The notes under the pieces are model-generated. The model saw only the letters and a list, made by a program, of their open reading frames with translations. It did not search any database and had not been told where the DNA came from. Below are positions 8,856 through 18,894 of a DNA stretch of 64,000 nt, one piece after another. The DNA is from a virus. Both the position numbers and the translations under genes were made by a program. The stretch's first letter is position 1, and each line of letters opens with the position of its first letter. The stretch is from positions 41,325 through 105,324 of the IMG/VR virus record IMGVR_UViG_3300033148_006239. The stretch is one strand, 5' to 3'.

Positions 8856-10232
8856 TTATAAATCATCTAAACTTTCTATCTGAACTATTTCATCGTTAAT
8901 TAACATAATATCAAATTGTGGCCTAAGTAAAATTGGTTTAAATCTTTCTCCATCTCTTGTTTTAATCAATTGTAATTGCATTGTTCCTTCTAGTTTATTA
9001 TCTTTTGTTTGTTTTAGTCCATAAACAATAGAAGAATTTTCAACTGTCCCTCTTGAATATTTTATATGTTGTGTATCTAAAAACTCAACCTTTTTTGATT
9101 CATCGGTCAATTGACAAGGCGTTATTACAGGTATACCTTTCCCATTTAAATTACCAGATAACTTTCTTAATCCCCATGATATATCAGCTTGAGCCAATGC
9201 ATCTCTTGACGATGCTTTATTATCGTCACCTGCATACATTAAATTTAAATAGTCAACAATTATTTCGTCTGCTTCTTCGTTATATTCATCTTGTATTTCA
9301 TAAATTAAATTTTCAATATTATCTACGGTACAATCATTTGTTAAATGAACAATTTCTAACCAATTCTTTTGAGTCTCTTTTAATAATTTAATTGACTTTT
9401 TCCATTTATCAAAATCATTTTGTATAAAATCCCCTAGTCTAAACTTTGTATATTGTATACCTGTTAATCTTGATTCAATTCTAAATTGAACTTGATGTTT
9501 TCTCATTTCTAATGAAAATAGAATTACATTTTTACCAGCAAGATAAGCATTTGCTGCTAAATTTTCAACAAAAATACTTTTTCCTATATTTGTCTCACCT
9601 CCAATTAAAATTAATTCATCTGCCATAAATCCACCTGTAATATTGTCCAATTTAGTAATTCCAGATGGTATTCCAATACAACCTTCACCGGATTCATATT
9701 TTTCTTTTCTTTCTTTTACAACTGCAACTCTTTCTTTATAGTCTTTTAAAAACTCACCCCTTGAATTGTCTCTAGATTCTGATATATCAATTCTTGATGC
9801 TTCACTTAATATTTTTTTTGCATTATCATTATCAAAAGATCCATCTTCGTCTACTGAATTTATTACTAATTTAACTTTATTAAAAATTTCTCTTGATTCA
9901 CATAATTTTTTAAGAACATTAAGTAATTCATTTATTGAATTATCATCATGTTTTTCTAAATCTACATTATAAACTTTTTCAACAAACTTAGAATAATTTT
10001 TAAATTTATTTCCTACTTTATTCTTAACTAAAATAGTAAATGATTCTTTATCATAATGAATATTTTTCTTTTGTACTAAAGAGAGAAATGATCTAAAAGG
10101 TGATATTGTAAAATAATTCTTCTTTAAATGTTTCTTGAAAATATTATTTTTTCTCAAAACATAAGCGATTATTATTTTTTCAGCAGATATATTTCTAAAA
10201 TGTGATTCTTCGGCTTTTTCTTCTATATTCAT
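8856..10232 (-). CDS. DnaB-like replicative helicase
   Basis: GIPSG...LD, GGETNIGKS Walker A, FSLEM, IIVDYLNLM, QL and KTRDGE. Confidence 0.93.
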   Translation of the reverse strand: MNIEEKAEESHFRNISAEKIIIAYVLRKNNIFKKHLKKNYFTISPFRSFLSLVQKKNIHYDKESFTILVKNKVGNKFKNYSKFVEKVYNVDLEKHDDNSINELLNVLKKLCESREIFNKVKLVINSVDEDGSFDNDNAKKILSEASRIDISESRDNSRGEFLKDYKERVAVVKERKEKYESGEGCIGIPSGITKLDNITGGFMADELILIGGETNIGKSIFVENLAANAYLAGKNVILFSLEMRKHQVQFRIESRLTGIQYTKFRLGDFIQNDFDKWKKSIKLLKETQKNWLEIVHLTNDCTVDNIENLIYEIQDEYNEEADEIIVDYLNLMYAGDDNKASSRDALAQADISWGLRKLSGNLNGKGIPVITPCQLTDESKKVEFLDTQHIKYSRGTVENSSIVYGLKQTKDNKLEGTMQLQLIKTRDGERFKPILLRPQFDIMLINDEIVQIESLDDL

Positions 10233-10462
10233 TAAAAATTTCTTTCATAATATTTTTTAGATTCTTCATCGCCAGGATAAAATTTTTCTTTAAAATATGA
10301 ATCACTACAAAATTCTATAAAACCATCACTATGGATAACAATCCAATCACCTAGTTCTTTAATTGAATATGTACCATCTTGCATAGTGCAAATAGTTGTA
10401 GGTTGTTTTATTATTTTAAAAGCATCGTAAATTTTTACATCTCTTTTTTTAAATTTAGCCAT
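10232..10462 (-). CDS. conserved small phage protein
   Basis: G...GDWIV....G.IEFC.D.YFKEKF resembles a common phage family (GD.II...GE.YPC...F..TY). Confidence 0.6.
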   Translation of the reverse strand: MAKFKKRDVKIYDAFKIIKQPTTICTMQDGTYSIKELGDWIVIHSDGFIEFCSDSYFKEKFYPGDEESKKYYERNF

Positions 10463-10482
10463 TGATTTCTCCTTATAACAAA

Positions 10483-10692
10483 CTATATACTTTGATAATC
10501 AGATTTTTGTATAGTTTTTATAGAAATTTCATAATTAATATTTAATACTACACCACAATGTATACAACAACAATCAAACCAACCATAAGGATTTTTTGTT
10601 TTATATTCACGAAAAATTATATCATAGTCAAAAATTTCATCTGCTTCTTTTAAATCAAATTCTTTATTGCATTCAAAACATTTAATTTTCAT
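10483..10692 (-). CDS. small zinc-finger protein
   Basis: CFEC...CIHCG. Confidence 0.6.
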   Translation of the reverse strand: MKIKCFECNKEFDLKEADEIFDYDIIFREYKTKNPYGWFDCCCIHCGVVLNINYEISIKTIQKSDYQSI

Positions 10693-10703
10693 TATTTTAT
10701 CCT

Positions 10704-11477
10704 TTACTCATATAATGTTTGATAATATTTATGATATATTGAAGCATATTTTATTATATGATTACTTTTCATATAATCATCTATTTGAACTTCTTCATTC
10801 TTATGAGATAATGATTCATCACCATGATCAATCTCTTTCAAATTTCTATTCATAATAGATACAATTGAAAAATCACCAAATATATCTTCACCTGTTTGCA
10901 TATCACTATTAGAACATACAAATATAGGACAATTATTCATAAATTTATTTCTTAAAAATGTTTCAACTTCTCTTAAAACAAAATCACTACCTTTTTTAAT
11001 ATAAACTTTATCAAATTCATCTACTAATAATACGTCTGCATTTTTTATCATATATAAATACATAGCAGTACTATCATCTGGTTCATTAGACATTTCATTG
11101 TATAATGCATTTACATAATTACTCAATAAAAAATAAACTACCTTTTTACCTCTCGTCATAAATCTTTTGCCTATTTCACACAATGTAGTTGTTTTACCTA
11201 CCGAATAATCACCATAAATAAAAAATCCTCTGCCATTTATGTAATTCTCTTCAAAATTACTAAAATATTTCTTTATTTCATCTTTTAAAACTAAATCATA
11301 ATTTACATGCCAAAATTCTTTAGGTATCTTACTTTTATATAATTCTTTTAACCATCTAAACGCCTGCATACAATCACAATCATCTTTCTTATAAAATCCT
11401 AATCCTTTACATTGTTTATGATTATCTACTATTTTTGTCTTTAAAAACTTTAAATAATCAAGATCTTTTTTTGTCAT
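10704..11477 (-). CDS. DnaC/IstB-like AAA+ helicase loader
   Basis: N-terminal C..C.G.G...CDC zinc site, GDYSVGKT Walker A, LLVDE Walker B, CSN. Confidence 0.85.
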   Translation of the reverse strand: MTKKDLDYLKFLKTKIVDNHKQCKGLGFYKKDDCDCMQAFRWLKELYKSKIPKEFWHVNYDLVLKDEIKKYFSNFEENYINGRGFFIYGDYSVGKTTTLCEIGKRFMTRGKKVVYFLLSNYVNALYNEMSNEPDDSTAMYLYMIKNADVLLVDEFDKVYIKKGSDFVLREVETFLRNKFMNNCPIFVCSNSDMQTGEDIFGDFSIVSIMNRNLKEIDHGDESLSHKNEEVQIDDYMKSNHIIKYASIYHKYYQTLYE

Positions 11478-11667
11478 CTAATTTTGCCTTCATATTATCT
11501 ATAATTTCTTTATCAAACATTGCAGCACAATTGACACATACATAACAGTTAAATATATTTTCTACTATTTCTTTGTGATACATATAAGGTCTTGTTATTG
11601 GTTTCTCTGTCAATTCCTTATATCCACAAATAGGACAAGGATAATTAAATTCATTTTCTTTTGTCAT
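11458..11667 (-). CDS. YgiT/MqsA-type zinc-finger protein
   Basis: CPICG....Y.Y.....V.N....VCVNC spacing typical of YgiT-type fingers. Confidence 0.6.
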   Translation of the reverse strand: MTKENEFNYPCPICGYKELTEKPITRPYMYHKEIVENIFNCYVCVNCAAMFDKEIIDNMKAKLDDKKRS

Positions 11668-11877
11668 TTAAAACTCATTATCTACTATTTTCTGAATTTC
11701 ATTATTAATACGATCCCACCATTCATCAAATGTTTCGTTTAGTTTATAACTTAAAAAATCAAATGAATCTTGAACTATATCTTGTTCATTAAAAAACCAA
11801 TTTATAAGCTGTTTATCTACCATTTTAGCTCTTTGATATCTAACTCTTCTTTCACTTGAGCTTTCTTCTGAAATCAT
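11668..11877 (-). CDS. hypothetical protein
   Basis: 69-aa ORF abutting its neighbours. Confidence 0.5.
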   Translation of the reverse strand: MISEESSSERRVRYQRAKMVDKQLINWFFNEQDIVQDSFDFLSYKLNETFDEWWDRINNEIQKIVDNEF

Positions 11878-11942
11878 TCGTCTAAACCTTGTTTTGCATC
11901 AAATCAAAATTACTGTCGTATAAAATACTGACCAAATAATAA

Positions 11943-11968
11943 TTAACAATATTATAAGTATTTTAACA
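11943..11968 (-). promoter_or_regulatory. TGTTAA-N14-TGTTA motif
   Basis: TGTTAA-N14-TGTTAA upstream of the loader/helicase operon. Confidence 0.5.
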
Positions 11969-11997
11969 CATTTATTTTTAATTCCATTACCATTCAT

Positions 11998-12330
11998 TTA
12001 CTTCTCCAATATATCTATTGCATAATCTAAATATTCTACAATAGATTTATCAACATTGATATCAATATCATATTTGAATGATTTCATGTGGCTTATACTA
12101 AGATGAAATTCTTTCAATTCATTTATTTTATAGATTAATTTTAATTTCTCTATATTAGAAATATTATCTACATTTAGTTTCTTAATCTCAAAAGTCCGTG
12201 CATGATTTTTAAAAATCTTTAAAGAGATTGCATCTGTATCTAAAGAAAGTTTAAGAATCTGCCAACTATTCTTTGTAATTCTTTTTGATTTGATACAATC
12301 TATTGTTTTAAGATAAAAATTTAGATTCAT
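11998..12330 (-). CDS. hypothetical protein
   Basis: 110-aa ORF with AAGG SD. Confidence 0.55.
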   Translation of the reverse strand: MNLNFYLKTIDCIKSKRITKNSWQILKLSLDTDAISLKIFKNHARTFEIKKLNVDNISNIEKLKLIYKINELKEFHLSISHMKSFKYDIDINVDKSIVEYLDYAIDILEK

Positions 12331-12425
12331 TTTATACCTTAGTTTCTCAATTTCTTTTCATTTAAAGACGTAGTGAAACGTAATATTATATATTGATAAG
12401 ATTTTTTCTTGGACGGCTATTGAAT

Positions 12426-12451
12426 ATAACATCAAAGTTGACTTTTTAACA
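12426..12451 (-). promoter_or_regulatory. TGTTAA-N14-TGTTA motif
   Basis: Intergenic, at the boundary between the lysis and replication modules. Confidence 0.6.
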
Positions 12452-12459
12452 TGCGTGTT

Positions 12460-12990
12460 TTAAAAAAGTGATAAATTTACTTTAATACCAAAAGAATATA
12501 TTACAGAATTAAATAACGCATATCCTAAATTTCCAAAGACACCAACTTTTAACCTTTTATATTGTATAGGCATCCAGCTCAATCCTGCTGATCCAAAGTA
12601 ATATTGATTGAACCCTATATGTGTAAATATATCAAAGTTCAAAAGTGGATTCTTCTTGCGACTTAAAACTTCAATTAAAACAATCATTGTTTCTATTTCA
12701 TTAACTAAGTCATCTATTGTATTAACTTTTTCTTCTAGCAATAAGATACTTTTACTGAATTCTGTAGCCATTAATTCATGTTTACTATTAAGTAATTCAA
12801 AATCATTTAATAAAATAGAATATGTACCATTTAAATTATCATATTTCTGTGCTAAATCAATGTATTCATTATATAACAGTGTATAACATTGTTTTAATTC
12901 TTCGTGATTTTCTAAATCAACTTCAGGGTACAGAAGGTCTGAAATCATTAATAACACTATTGATATAATCAATATTATTACTTGTTTCAT
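12460..12990 (-). CDS. putative outer-membrane spanin-like protein (signal peptide, coiled coil, C-terminal beta strands)
   Basis: Hydrophobic N-terminus, heptads, amphipathic beta strands ending in Phe. Overlaps the upstream TM gene in the lysis cassette. Confidence 0.5.
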   Translation of the reverse strand: MKQVIILIISIVLLMISDLLYPEVDLENHEELKQCYTLLYNEYIDLAQKYDNLNGTYSILLNDFELLNSKHELMATEFSKSILLLEEKVNTIDDLVNEIETMIVLIEVLSRKKNPLLNFDIFTHIGFNQYYFGSAGLSWMPIQYKRLKVGVFGNLGYALFNSVIYSFGIKVNLSLF

Positions 12991-13309
12991 GTAAAATTTC
13001 CTTATAATTTTTAATCTTTTCTAAATTTTCATAAGCGAATTGCAATTCGTTATTAATATACTTAACTGTATTTGCTATATATTCGATATCACATTTTTGT
13101 TTTTCTAAAATATTATTAATTTTTATATCAAGTCTATTTAGATTCGCATTGACATAATCATCGTTAGTAATATTTTTATCATCATATAAAGTAAAATTTC
13201 CTCTTATAAGCCATCCAATAAATAATAATACGATAATTCCTATTATAACTAATACAATTTTGAAATATTTTTTATTTGTTTTAAAATATGTTTCATCTAA
13301 ATTGATCAT
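12923..13309 (-). CDS. putative i-spanin (single TM plus coiled coil)
   Basis: N-terminal TM and helical remainder; position in the lysis cassette. Confidence 0.5.
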   Translation of the reverse strand: MINLDETYFKTNKKYFKIVLVIIGIIVLLFIGWLIRGNFTLYDDKNITNDDYVNANLNRLDIKINNILEKQKCDIEYIANTVKYINNELQFAYENLEKIKNYKEILHETSNNIDYINSVINDFRPSVP

Positions 13310-13776
13310 TAACGTTCCTTTCTAATATCTTCTATTAAAAGCTCTATTAATTTATCAATTTTATCATCTTTATTATTTGTTTCTGGCGTATAAAAGATAG
13401 TAAAAAATGATATTATAAATGCAATTAAAACGCCACCAATGACAGAAGCCCAAATTCCCATTCTCCATTTTTGTTTTTTTTCTATATCTGTATCTTTTTG
13501 TTCTATTATTTTAACTCTATTTACTAAATCGTTTGTTTTACTTGTGAGTTCTTTATAGCCTTCACATGTTTCATAAGGTTGCTGAAACGCACCCGCTGTT
13601 AATTCATCTTTTAAGCTTTGTATTAATTTTCTTATTTCTTGAAATTCACTTGTTGCACTTTCTTTATTCTGAAGAAGAAAGTTTACATTTTCTTCTAATG
13701 CTGTTAATTTTTTATCTAAATCATTGATCTTACTAAAAATCTTGCCAATTGTATGGGTTGTTTCAGCATCTGTCAT
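13309..13776 (-). CDS. coiled-coil membrane protein (lysis accessory, XhlA-like architecture)
   Basis: Coiled coil followed by one TM; adjacent to the holin. Confidence 0.5.
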   Translation of the reverse strand: MTDAETTHTIGKIFSKINDLDKKLTALEENVNFLLQNKESATSEFQEIRKLIQSLKDELTAGAFQQPYETCEGYKELTSKTNDLVNRVKIIEQKDTDIEKKQKWRMGIWASVIGGVLIAFIISFFTIFYTPETNNKDDKIDKLIELLIEDIRKER

Positions 13777-14183
13777 TATTTTTTCCCTATGAACTTTTGT
13801 AAGAGATCAGTAATCGCTTTAGTATCTATTTTTTCTGTACTTTTTAATGCTTTAAGTAAGCCAGTAAGACCTACAAATGTACTTAGTGTCATCCACCACC
13901 ATTGATATTTATCAATAAATATTCCAAGAGTCTCTATAGCTTTTTTAAAATGTTCAGCACCAGTAATTAAATACAATATCATGCTTATTAAAAACACTAT
14001 AAAAATTAACAAAAACGTTATAATAGAAGTGAATTTACCAACCTTTTTAATTCTCATTGTTAAAATTTCAGAATCTTTTTTTAATTTATCTAAATCTGTT
14101 TCATCTATATCAATATCAACTTTTTTTATTTCTTTGTCTTTATCGTCTTTAAATGTTATATTCATTTTAGCAAATTTTTCCAT
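13776..14183 (-). CDS. putative holin
   Basis: Two TM helices, charged termini, overlaps the endolysin gene. Confidence 0.6.
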   Translation of the reverse strand: MEKFAKMNITFKDDKDKEIKKVDIDIDETDLDKLKKDSEILTMRIKKVGKFTSIITFLLIFIVFLISMILYLITGAEHFKKAIETLGIFIDKYQWWWMTLSTFVGLTGLLKALKSTEKIDTKAITDLLQKFIGKK

Positions 14184-14947
14184 GTGTTTTTACCTACAAT
14201 ACCATCAGAAGTTAAATCATTGTTCTCCTGAAATTTTTTGACAGCCTTTGAAGTGTTTTTACCAAAAACCCCATCAAAATCTAAACCTAATAGCATTTGA
14301 ATATCCTTGACATTATTCTGGATCGTACCAAACCTTAATGTTGGGTTAAAATTACATTGATCATCTAAAAAATTTAAATAATCTTTGCCATGCCATACTG
14401 TAAATGGAAATTCATCTTCATAACTCATATCGGCATAATTCATTAAAGATTTCCAATAATTACCATTCCAGCCACCAAAGGGTCCTAAACATCCTGCACT
14501 ATTTTTACCAATATTTTCTCCTATACCCATTGCATGGCAATTGACACCTGTATTTCTAGCATATTCAAAAATATCACCATCATCTATTATATAGTTTCGA
14601 TTATAGTCTCTAACGATCCATATTTTTTCATCTTTTGCACGTAGTGCTTTGTATTTTCTATGATGTAACCCTTTAACAAATTTATGTTGTCCAAATGCTA
14701 CATGTGCTGTACCTTTTGAATTTAATGGATTTTCTGAATAATATAATCCGGGATCAACTGTTCCGGGCATTATTTCTATTATATCGTCTTTTAAACATAT
14801 AATTAAATCATTATATTTATCAATTTCATCATTATTAACAATAATTCTATCTCTATTACATGTAACACCTTTTAGACATAAAATATTTAATTGATTTCTT
14901 TCGATATATTCAAAAGACAATGCTTTAATAAATTCTGCAAAAAACAT
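14162..14947 (-). CDS. endolysin with C-terminal PG_binding_1 domain
   Basis: DGVFGKNT..AVKKFQ...L..DGIVGKNTW PG-binding repeat. Catalytic region has H...SAGC (L,D-transpeptidase-like). Confidence 0.85.
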   Translation of the reverse strand: MFFAEFIKALSFEYIERNQLNILCLKGVTCNRDRIIVNNDEIDKYNDLIICLKDDIIEIMPGTVDPGLYYSENPLNSKGTAHVAFGQHKFVKGLHHRKYKALRAKDEKIWIVRDYNRNYIIDDGDIFEYARNTGVNCHAMGIGENIGKNSAGCLGPFGGWNGNYWKSLMNYADMSYEDEFPFTVWHGKDYLNFLDDQCNFNPTLRFGTIQNNVKDIQMLLGLDFDGVFGKNTSKAVKKFQENNDLTSDGIVGKNTWKNLLK

Positions 14948-14961
14948 TATTAGCTCCTAAA

Positions 14962-15201
14962 TTAAGCAGATTCTAATTCTGTAATATAAGTACTAAGTTC
15001 AGTATTTGTTCGATATGCTCCCATTTTTTCCCATGCAACATCGGCAACACCCTGAACTGTAGCCAGCGCTGTTGCTTCATCAATTGCATCAACCATAATT
15101 GAAGCTACCATAGTCATACGTTTTTCTTCGATAATATCTACCATCCATTTATCGGTATATATATCGGTTCTTAATTGGTATAGTTTTAATGTGAAAGTCA
15201 T
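14962..15201 (-). CDS. small protein after the tail fibre (possible chaperone)
   Basis: Position and translational coupling. Confidence 0.5.
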   Translation of the reverse strand: MTFTLKLYQLRTDIYTDKWMVDIIEEKRMTMVASIMVDAIDEATALATVQGVADVAWEKMGAYRTNTELSTYITELESA

Positions 15202-18200
15202 TAATAATGGATCTCCTTTATAGTAAAGTTATAATTTGTCGTAGTTAATGGATTTAAATTGTTAAAAAATATACTATAAAATTCTGTAAAAGAAGTATAA
15301 TCTAACGGTGGATAATCTACTTTAACCCCTTCTAGTGATCCATTATCAACAACTTCAATAGCTGAAGATTTCCATTCTGCAGAACCCGTAGAATCCGCCT
15401 GAATGGGATAAACCCAATAAATTTCAGAACTACTATCACCCCTCATTTGTTTATGAAGAGAAACTATACCATTATTATTGTTTATAGTATACCAAACACT
15501 ACTTTGAGCATTAAATAATGTTTTCTTTGCAAAAAATCCTGAATATATAGGAAATAATAATTCATGTCTATTAACAGCAAAAGTAGTTCTTATAAAATTC
15601 CACTGTCCATGATTAAAAATAAAATTATTATCTTTAGATAAATCTGTAGTATAACCAGATCCAATTATTTTATTACTTCCTGCAGAATTAATAAATGAAA
15701 ACGGAAAACCAAAAAGAAAAACATAATTATCTGTAATATTTGTTTTACCTAAATCAGTATAAGTTCCAGGGATAACTCCTCCAGGACGATGTGCTAGCAA
15801 TATTTTACCTGTAGTATTAGTAAAATTTGTTCCTCCAAATGTGTTTCCTGATCCTGCTTCTGATAAAATATCTACAGTTATTGTTTGATCTGAAGAATGT
15901 GTCCCTCCAGAAATTGCTGTAATTTGTACAGTGTGCCAAATATTATTTTGATCGAAGGAAGACTCCGATTCAGCATTTTCTTGTATAATAGCTATATCTC
16001 CAATTTTCCATTGATATTTATTACTTCTTGCATGTGAGTTTAAAGTTATTGTTTCACTAGTATCTCCACCTTGACCTGTTCCCGTTAAAGCTACAATAGA
16101 TTCGGGACCACGATATACTCCCATACCTTTAAATTCATTTGTTGAAGAATCAAATAATGCGTAAACGGCCATATTAATTTCAGATTGTGTATATCCAGTA
16201 ATTGGCATATTATCTAATATTCCACCCGTATCAGTTAATAAATCAATAGTTGTTGTTTCAAAATCAAATGTCCATTTTGCTATATTAGTTATAAATACTA
16301 ATTCTTTTTGTGTATTAAAAACAAAACCACTTGATCCATTACCAAAATGATTTTTTAATAAATAAAACTTTGATTCATCTGCAAGATCATAATATCCACC
16401 TCCATGTACAACATTTTCTAACATACCATGAAATGGAAGATTTGTATTTGATATTTTACCATTTGCATCTAATTGTGGAATCCCGTTAGGTTGATTTATA
16501 TCAGTTATTTTAGCCGGAGTAACTACGTTATCTTTAATATGTCTTGTTTCAACTTGATCACTTGCTAATTCTGATAATCCTTCAAACCAATGAATATTTT
16601 TGGCAATCTTCATACTAGAAACGCCAACAACTAAACCATCATTTAAATTATCTTTTCTATATAAAATAATAGGTCTATTATATGCAGTAGTAATCGCCGT
16701 TAATGTTGAATTTGTAGCTGTTATTATTCTAATATTTAATCCTGTAGTTACATATTCACTTACATCAATATCTGCATAAAAGCAATCATTATTTTCTAAT
16801 GTTACAGAATCACCATCTTTACTTACAAAATGTATTCTTATGAATCTTTCTGGATTATTTTTAATATGTATTGTAATATATCCACCAACACCTTGTTGAA
16901 GATCAGTGTTGTTTATTGGACCTGCTTGATCATCTATTAAAAATAATCTTGTTTGTTTTATATTAAAAGGAAACGTTAAAGATTTTTCAAAACCAATAAA
17001 TTGATAATGCTCAGTTGCACCAGATTTCCAAAAACTATTTGAAAATATCTCATAATTACCCGATGTTGTAATTAATGTATCTGGGCCAGATACAGCACCT
17101 GTTGATATTTCTCTATAATGTAAATTACCTGTAGATTGATCATCAAAAACAATTGAAATATTATCAATTGTATCATTCCAAACACCACCTAAGGTACCTA
17201 ATACATTACTACCAGCATCAAACGACACTAACACTATCGCAGCGGCACTATTATCGGATATAACTCTTAATACATCGACTTGATTTGTTGACGTATTAAA
17301 CCCTGTAATAAGACAATAATCAGTTCCTGTATTATTATTACAAAATACCAAATTAGCCATAACAAAATTTGATGTTGATAATGTCCGTTCTGTTCCTAAT
17401 GCTAAAGCATCGTCAATTGTATTTGTTAAAAATGTAGTACTTGCATCACTATATGCTCCAAATAAAAACAATGACCCATTATAATCTATACTTACACCAT
17501 CATCTGGAACAACTGATGTAGATATCGTAGTCAATGTTCCTAATGTATCTGTTGTATTAACAATGGCTCTAAAAGCGAGTGAAGAGCTTTGTGCCCATAT
17601 AATACCAATTTTATCATTAGCAGTATCATAAGCTATATCATAGGCTTTTTTATATCCAGAATAATGAGGATTATCATTTAGTGTCGCAATAACATCTTGA
17701 ACTGGATATGTTCCAAATGCATTAATATTATCAATTGAATTAGTCAATGTCAGTGTTAAAACTCCACCTGAATCATCTAAAGATAATTTTCTTGATCTTA
17801 TTTCAATTTCTGCAGTTGATGACGTTTGATGCAAATAAAAAACTATATAATCTGTTCCAACAATAATTGTTTTAGGACTATGAACAATGCCCTCGTCGAC
17901 TATAAGTTCGTTACTATACGTATCTGTTGTTTTTTTATAGATTCTACAAATTATTTTATGATAATCAGGATCTATTTCACTTTGAATTGCGTAAAAATGA
18001 TATGTACCATCTGTGTTAATTGATGAATCTATCGGATTTAATATTTCTTTATTTGCACTATATAATTTATCATTATCTTTGTCAAAATATAAAGAAATAT
18101 TTTCAGATCCAAAACTATAATATCTACCATATAATTCACTTAAATTTGTATCAAAAGCTTCTACAGTTTCTAATCTTTCACCTGCTTCTTCTAAGGCTTC

Positions 18201-18884
18201 GTCTACATTATCAACTGATGGTGCGTAAAATGCTCCAGTATTATTAAATCCAATATTGGCGGCGTTACCAGATGTTATAGATTCTTTTCTATCTCTATAA
18301 ATATCTGCTTCTGCTATCTGAGTCATTCCATAATATTTTAAAATATCACCTAAATAAATCCAATTTGGTTCAGTAAAAGGTTTATCTTGTCTATAAACTT
18401 TCTTTTGTTCAAGAGTTAAAGCTGCTGGATCAAACTCTGCTCCTTTAAGTACTTTTATTACAAAACTATCTTCAACAATATGCCAAAATCTATCACCGCG
18501 TGCATCGATCTGTTGATCACTTAAATCAACATCATAAGCAATAAAAATAGTATTCCATGCTTCAAAATCTATAGTCGTAACATTTGTTGGATTTTCATCA
18601 ACATCTTGACTTATATCAATATCATTAGTTGATTCAACATTTATACTTTTTCCATTTAATGCTCTTGATGTACCAGGAAGTAAATCAAGTGTCATATCTG
18701 GTGATGGACTATTTTCTATTAATGCTAATTCTCTTTGATTTTCAGGCAATGAAACTGTTTCTAATATTCCATTTATTTGTGCATCAATAGCGATACTTTC
18801 AGCTGCTTTTTCAATTACATCAAATATTTGTTGTAAATCATCATTAGCAAATAAATATTTATATCCATATCGAAACCTATCCAT
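15201..18884 (-). CDS. tail fibre / receptor-binding protein
   Basis: 1227 aa, beta-rich, follows the gpJ/gpI-like genes; QPNGIPQLDANGKI fibre motif; propeller-like middle. Confidence 0.75.
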   Translation of the reverse strand: MDRFRYGYKYLFANDDLQQIFDVIEKAAESIAIDAQINGILETVSLPENQRELALIENSPSPDMTLDLLPGTSRALNGKSINVESTNDIDISQDVDENPTNVTTIDFEAWNTIFIAYDVDLSDQQIDARGDRFWHIVEDSFVIKVLKGAEFDPAALTLEQKKVYRQDKPFTEPNWIYLGDILKYYGMTQIAEADIYRDRKESITSGNAANIGFNNTGAFYAPSVDNVDEALEEAGERLETVEAFDTNLSELYGRYYSFGSENISLYFDKDNDKLYSANKEILNPIDSSINTDGTYHFYAIQSEIDPDYHKIICRIYKKTTDTYSNELIVDEGIVHSPKTIIVGTDYIVFYLHQTSSTAEIEIRSRKLSLDDSGGVLTLTLTNSIDNINAFGTYPVQDVIATLNDNPHYSGYKKAYDIAYDTANDKIGIIWAQSSSLAFRAIVNTTDTLGTLTTISTSVVPDDGVSIDYNGSLFLFGAYSDASTTFLTNTIDDALALGTERTLSTSNFVMANLVFCNNNTGTDYCLITGFNTSTNQVDVLRVISDNSAAAIVLVSFDAGSNVLGTLGGVWNDTIDNISIVFDDQSTGNLHYREISTGAVSGPDTLITTSGNYEIFSNSFWKSGATEHYQFIGFEKSLTFPFNIKQTRLFLIDDQAGPINNTDLQQGVGGYITIHIKNNPERFIRIHFVSKDGDSVTLENNDCFYADIDVSEYVTTGLNIRIITATNSTLTAITTAYNRPIILYRKDNLNDGLVVGVSSMKIAKNIHWFEGLSELASDQVETRHIKDNVVTPAKITDINQPNGIPQLDANGKISNTNLPFHGMLENVVHGGGYYDLADESKFYLLKNHFGNGSSGFVFNTQKELVFITNIAKWTFDFETTTIDLLTDTGGILDNMPITGYTQSEINMAVYALFDSSTNEFKGMGVYRGPESIVALTGTGQGGDTSETITLNSHARSNKYQWKIGDIAIIQENAESESSFDQNNIWHTVQITAISGGTHSSDQTITVDILSEAGSGNTFGGTNFTNTTGKILLAHRPGGVIPGTYTDLGKTNITDNYVFLFGFPFSFINSAGSNKIIGSGYTTDLSKDNNFIFNHGQWNFIRTTFAVNRHELLFPIYSGFFAKKTLFNAQSSVWYTINNNNGIVSLHKQMRGDSSSEIYWVYPIQADSTGSAEWKSSAIEVVDNGSLEGVKVDYPPLDYTSFTEFYSIFFNNLNPLTTTNYNFTIKEIHY

Positions 18885-18894
18885 AATAAACTCC

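Noticed and set aside
11899-11997. 32-codon hydrophobic ORF (MNGNGIKNKC...)
   Set aside because: It is short, lacks a clear SD and overlaps a TGTTAA-N14-TGTTA motif, so it cannot be supported as a gene.
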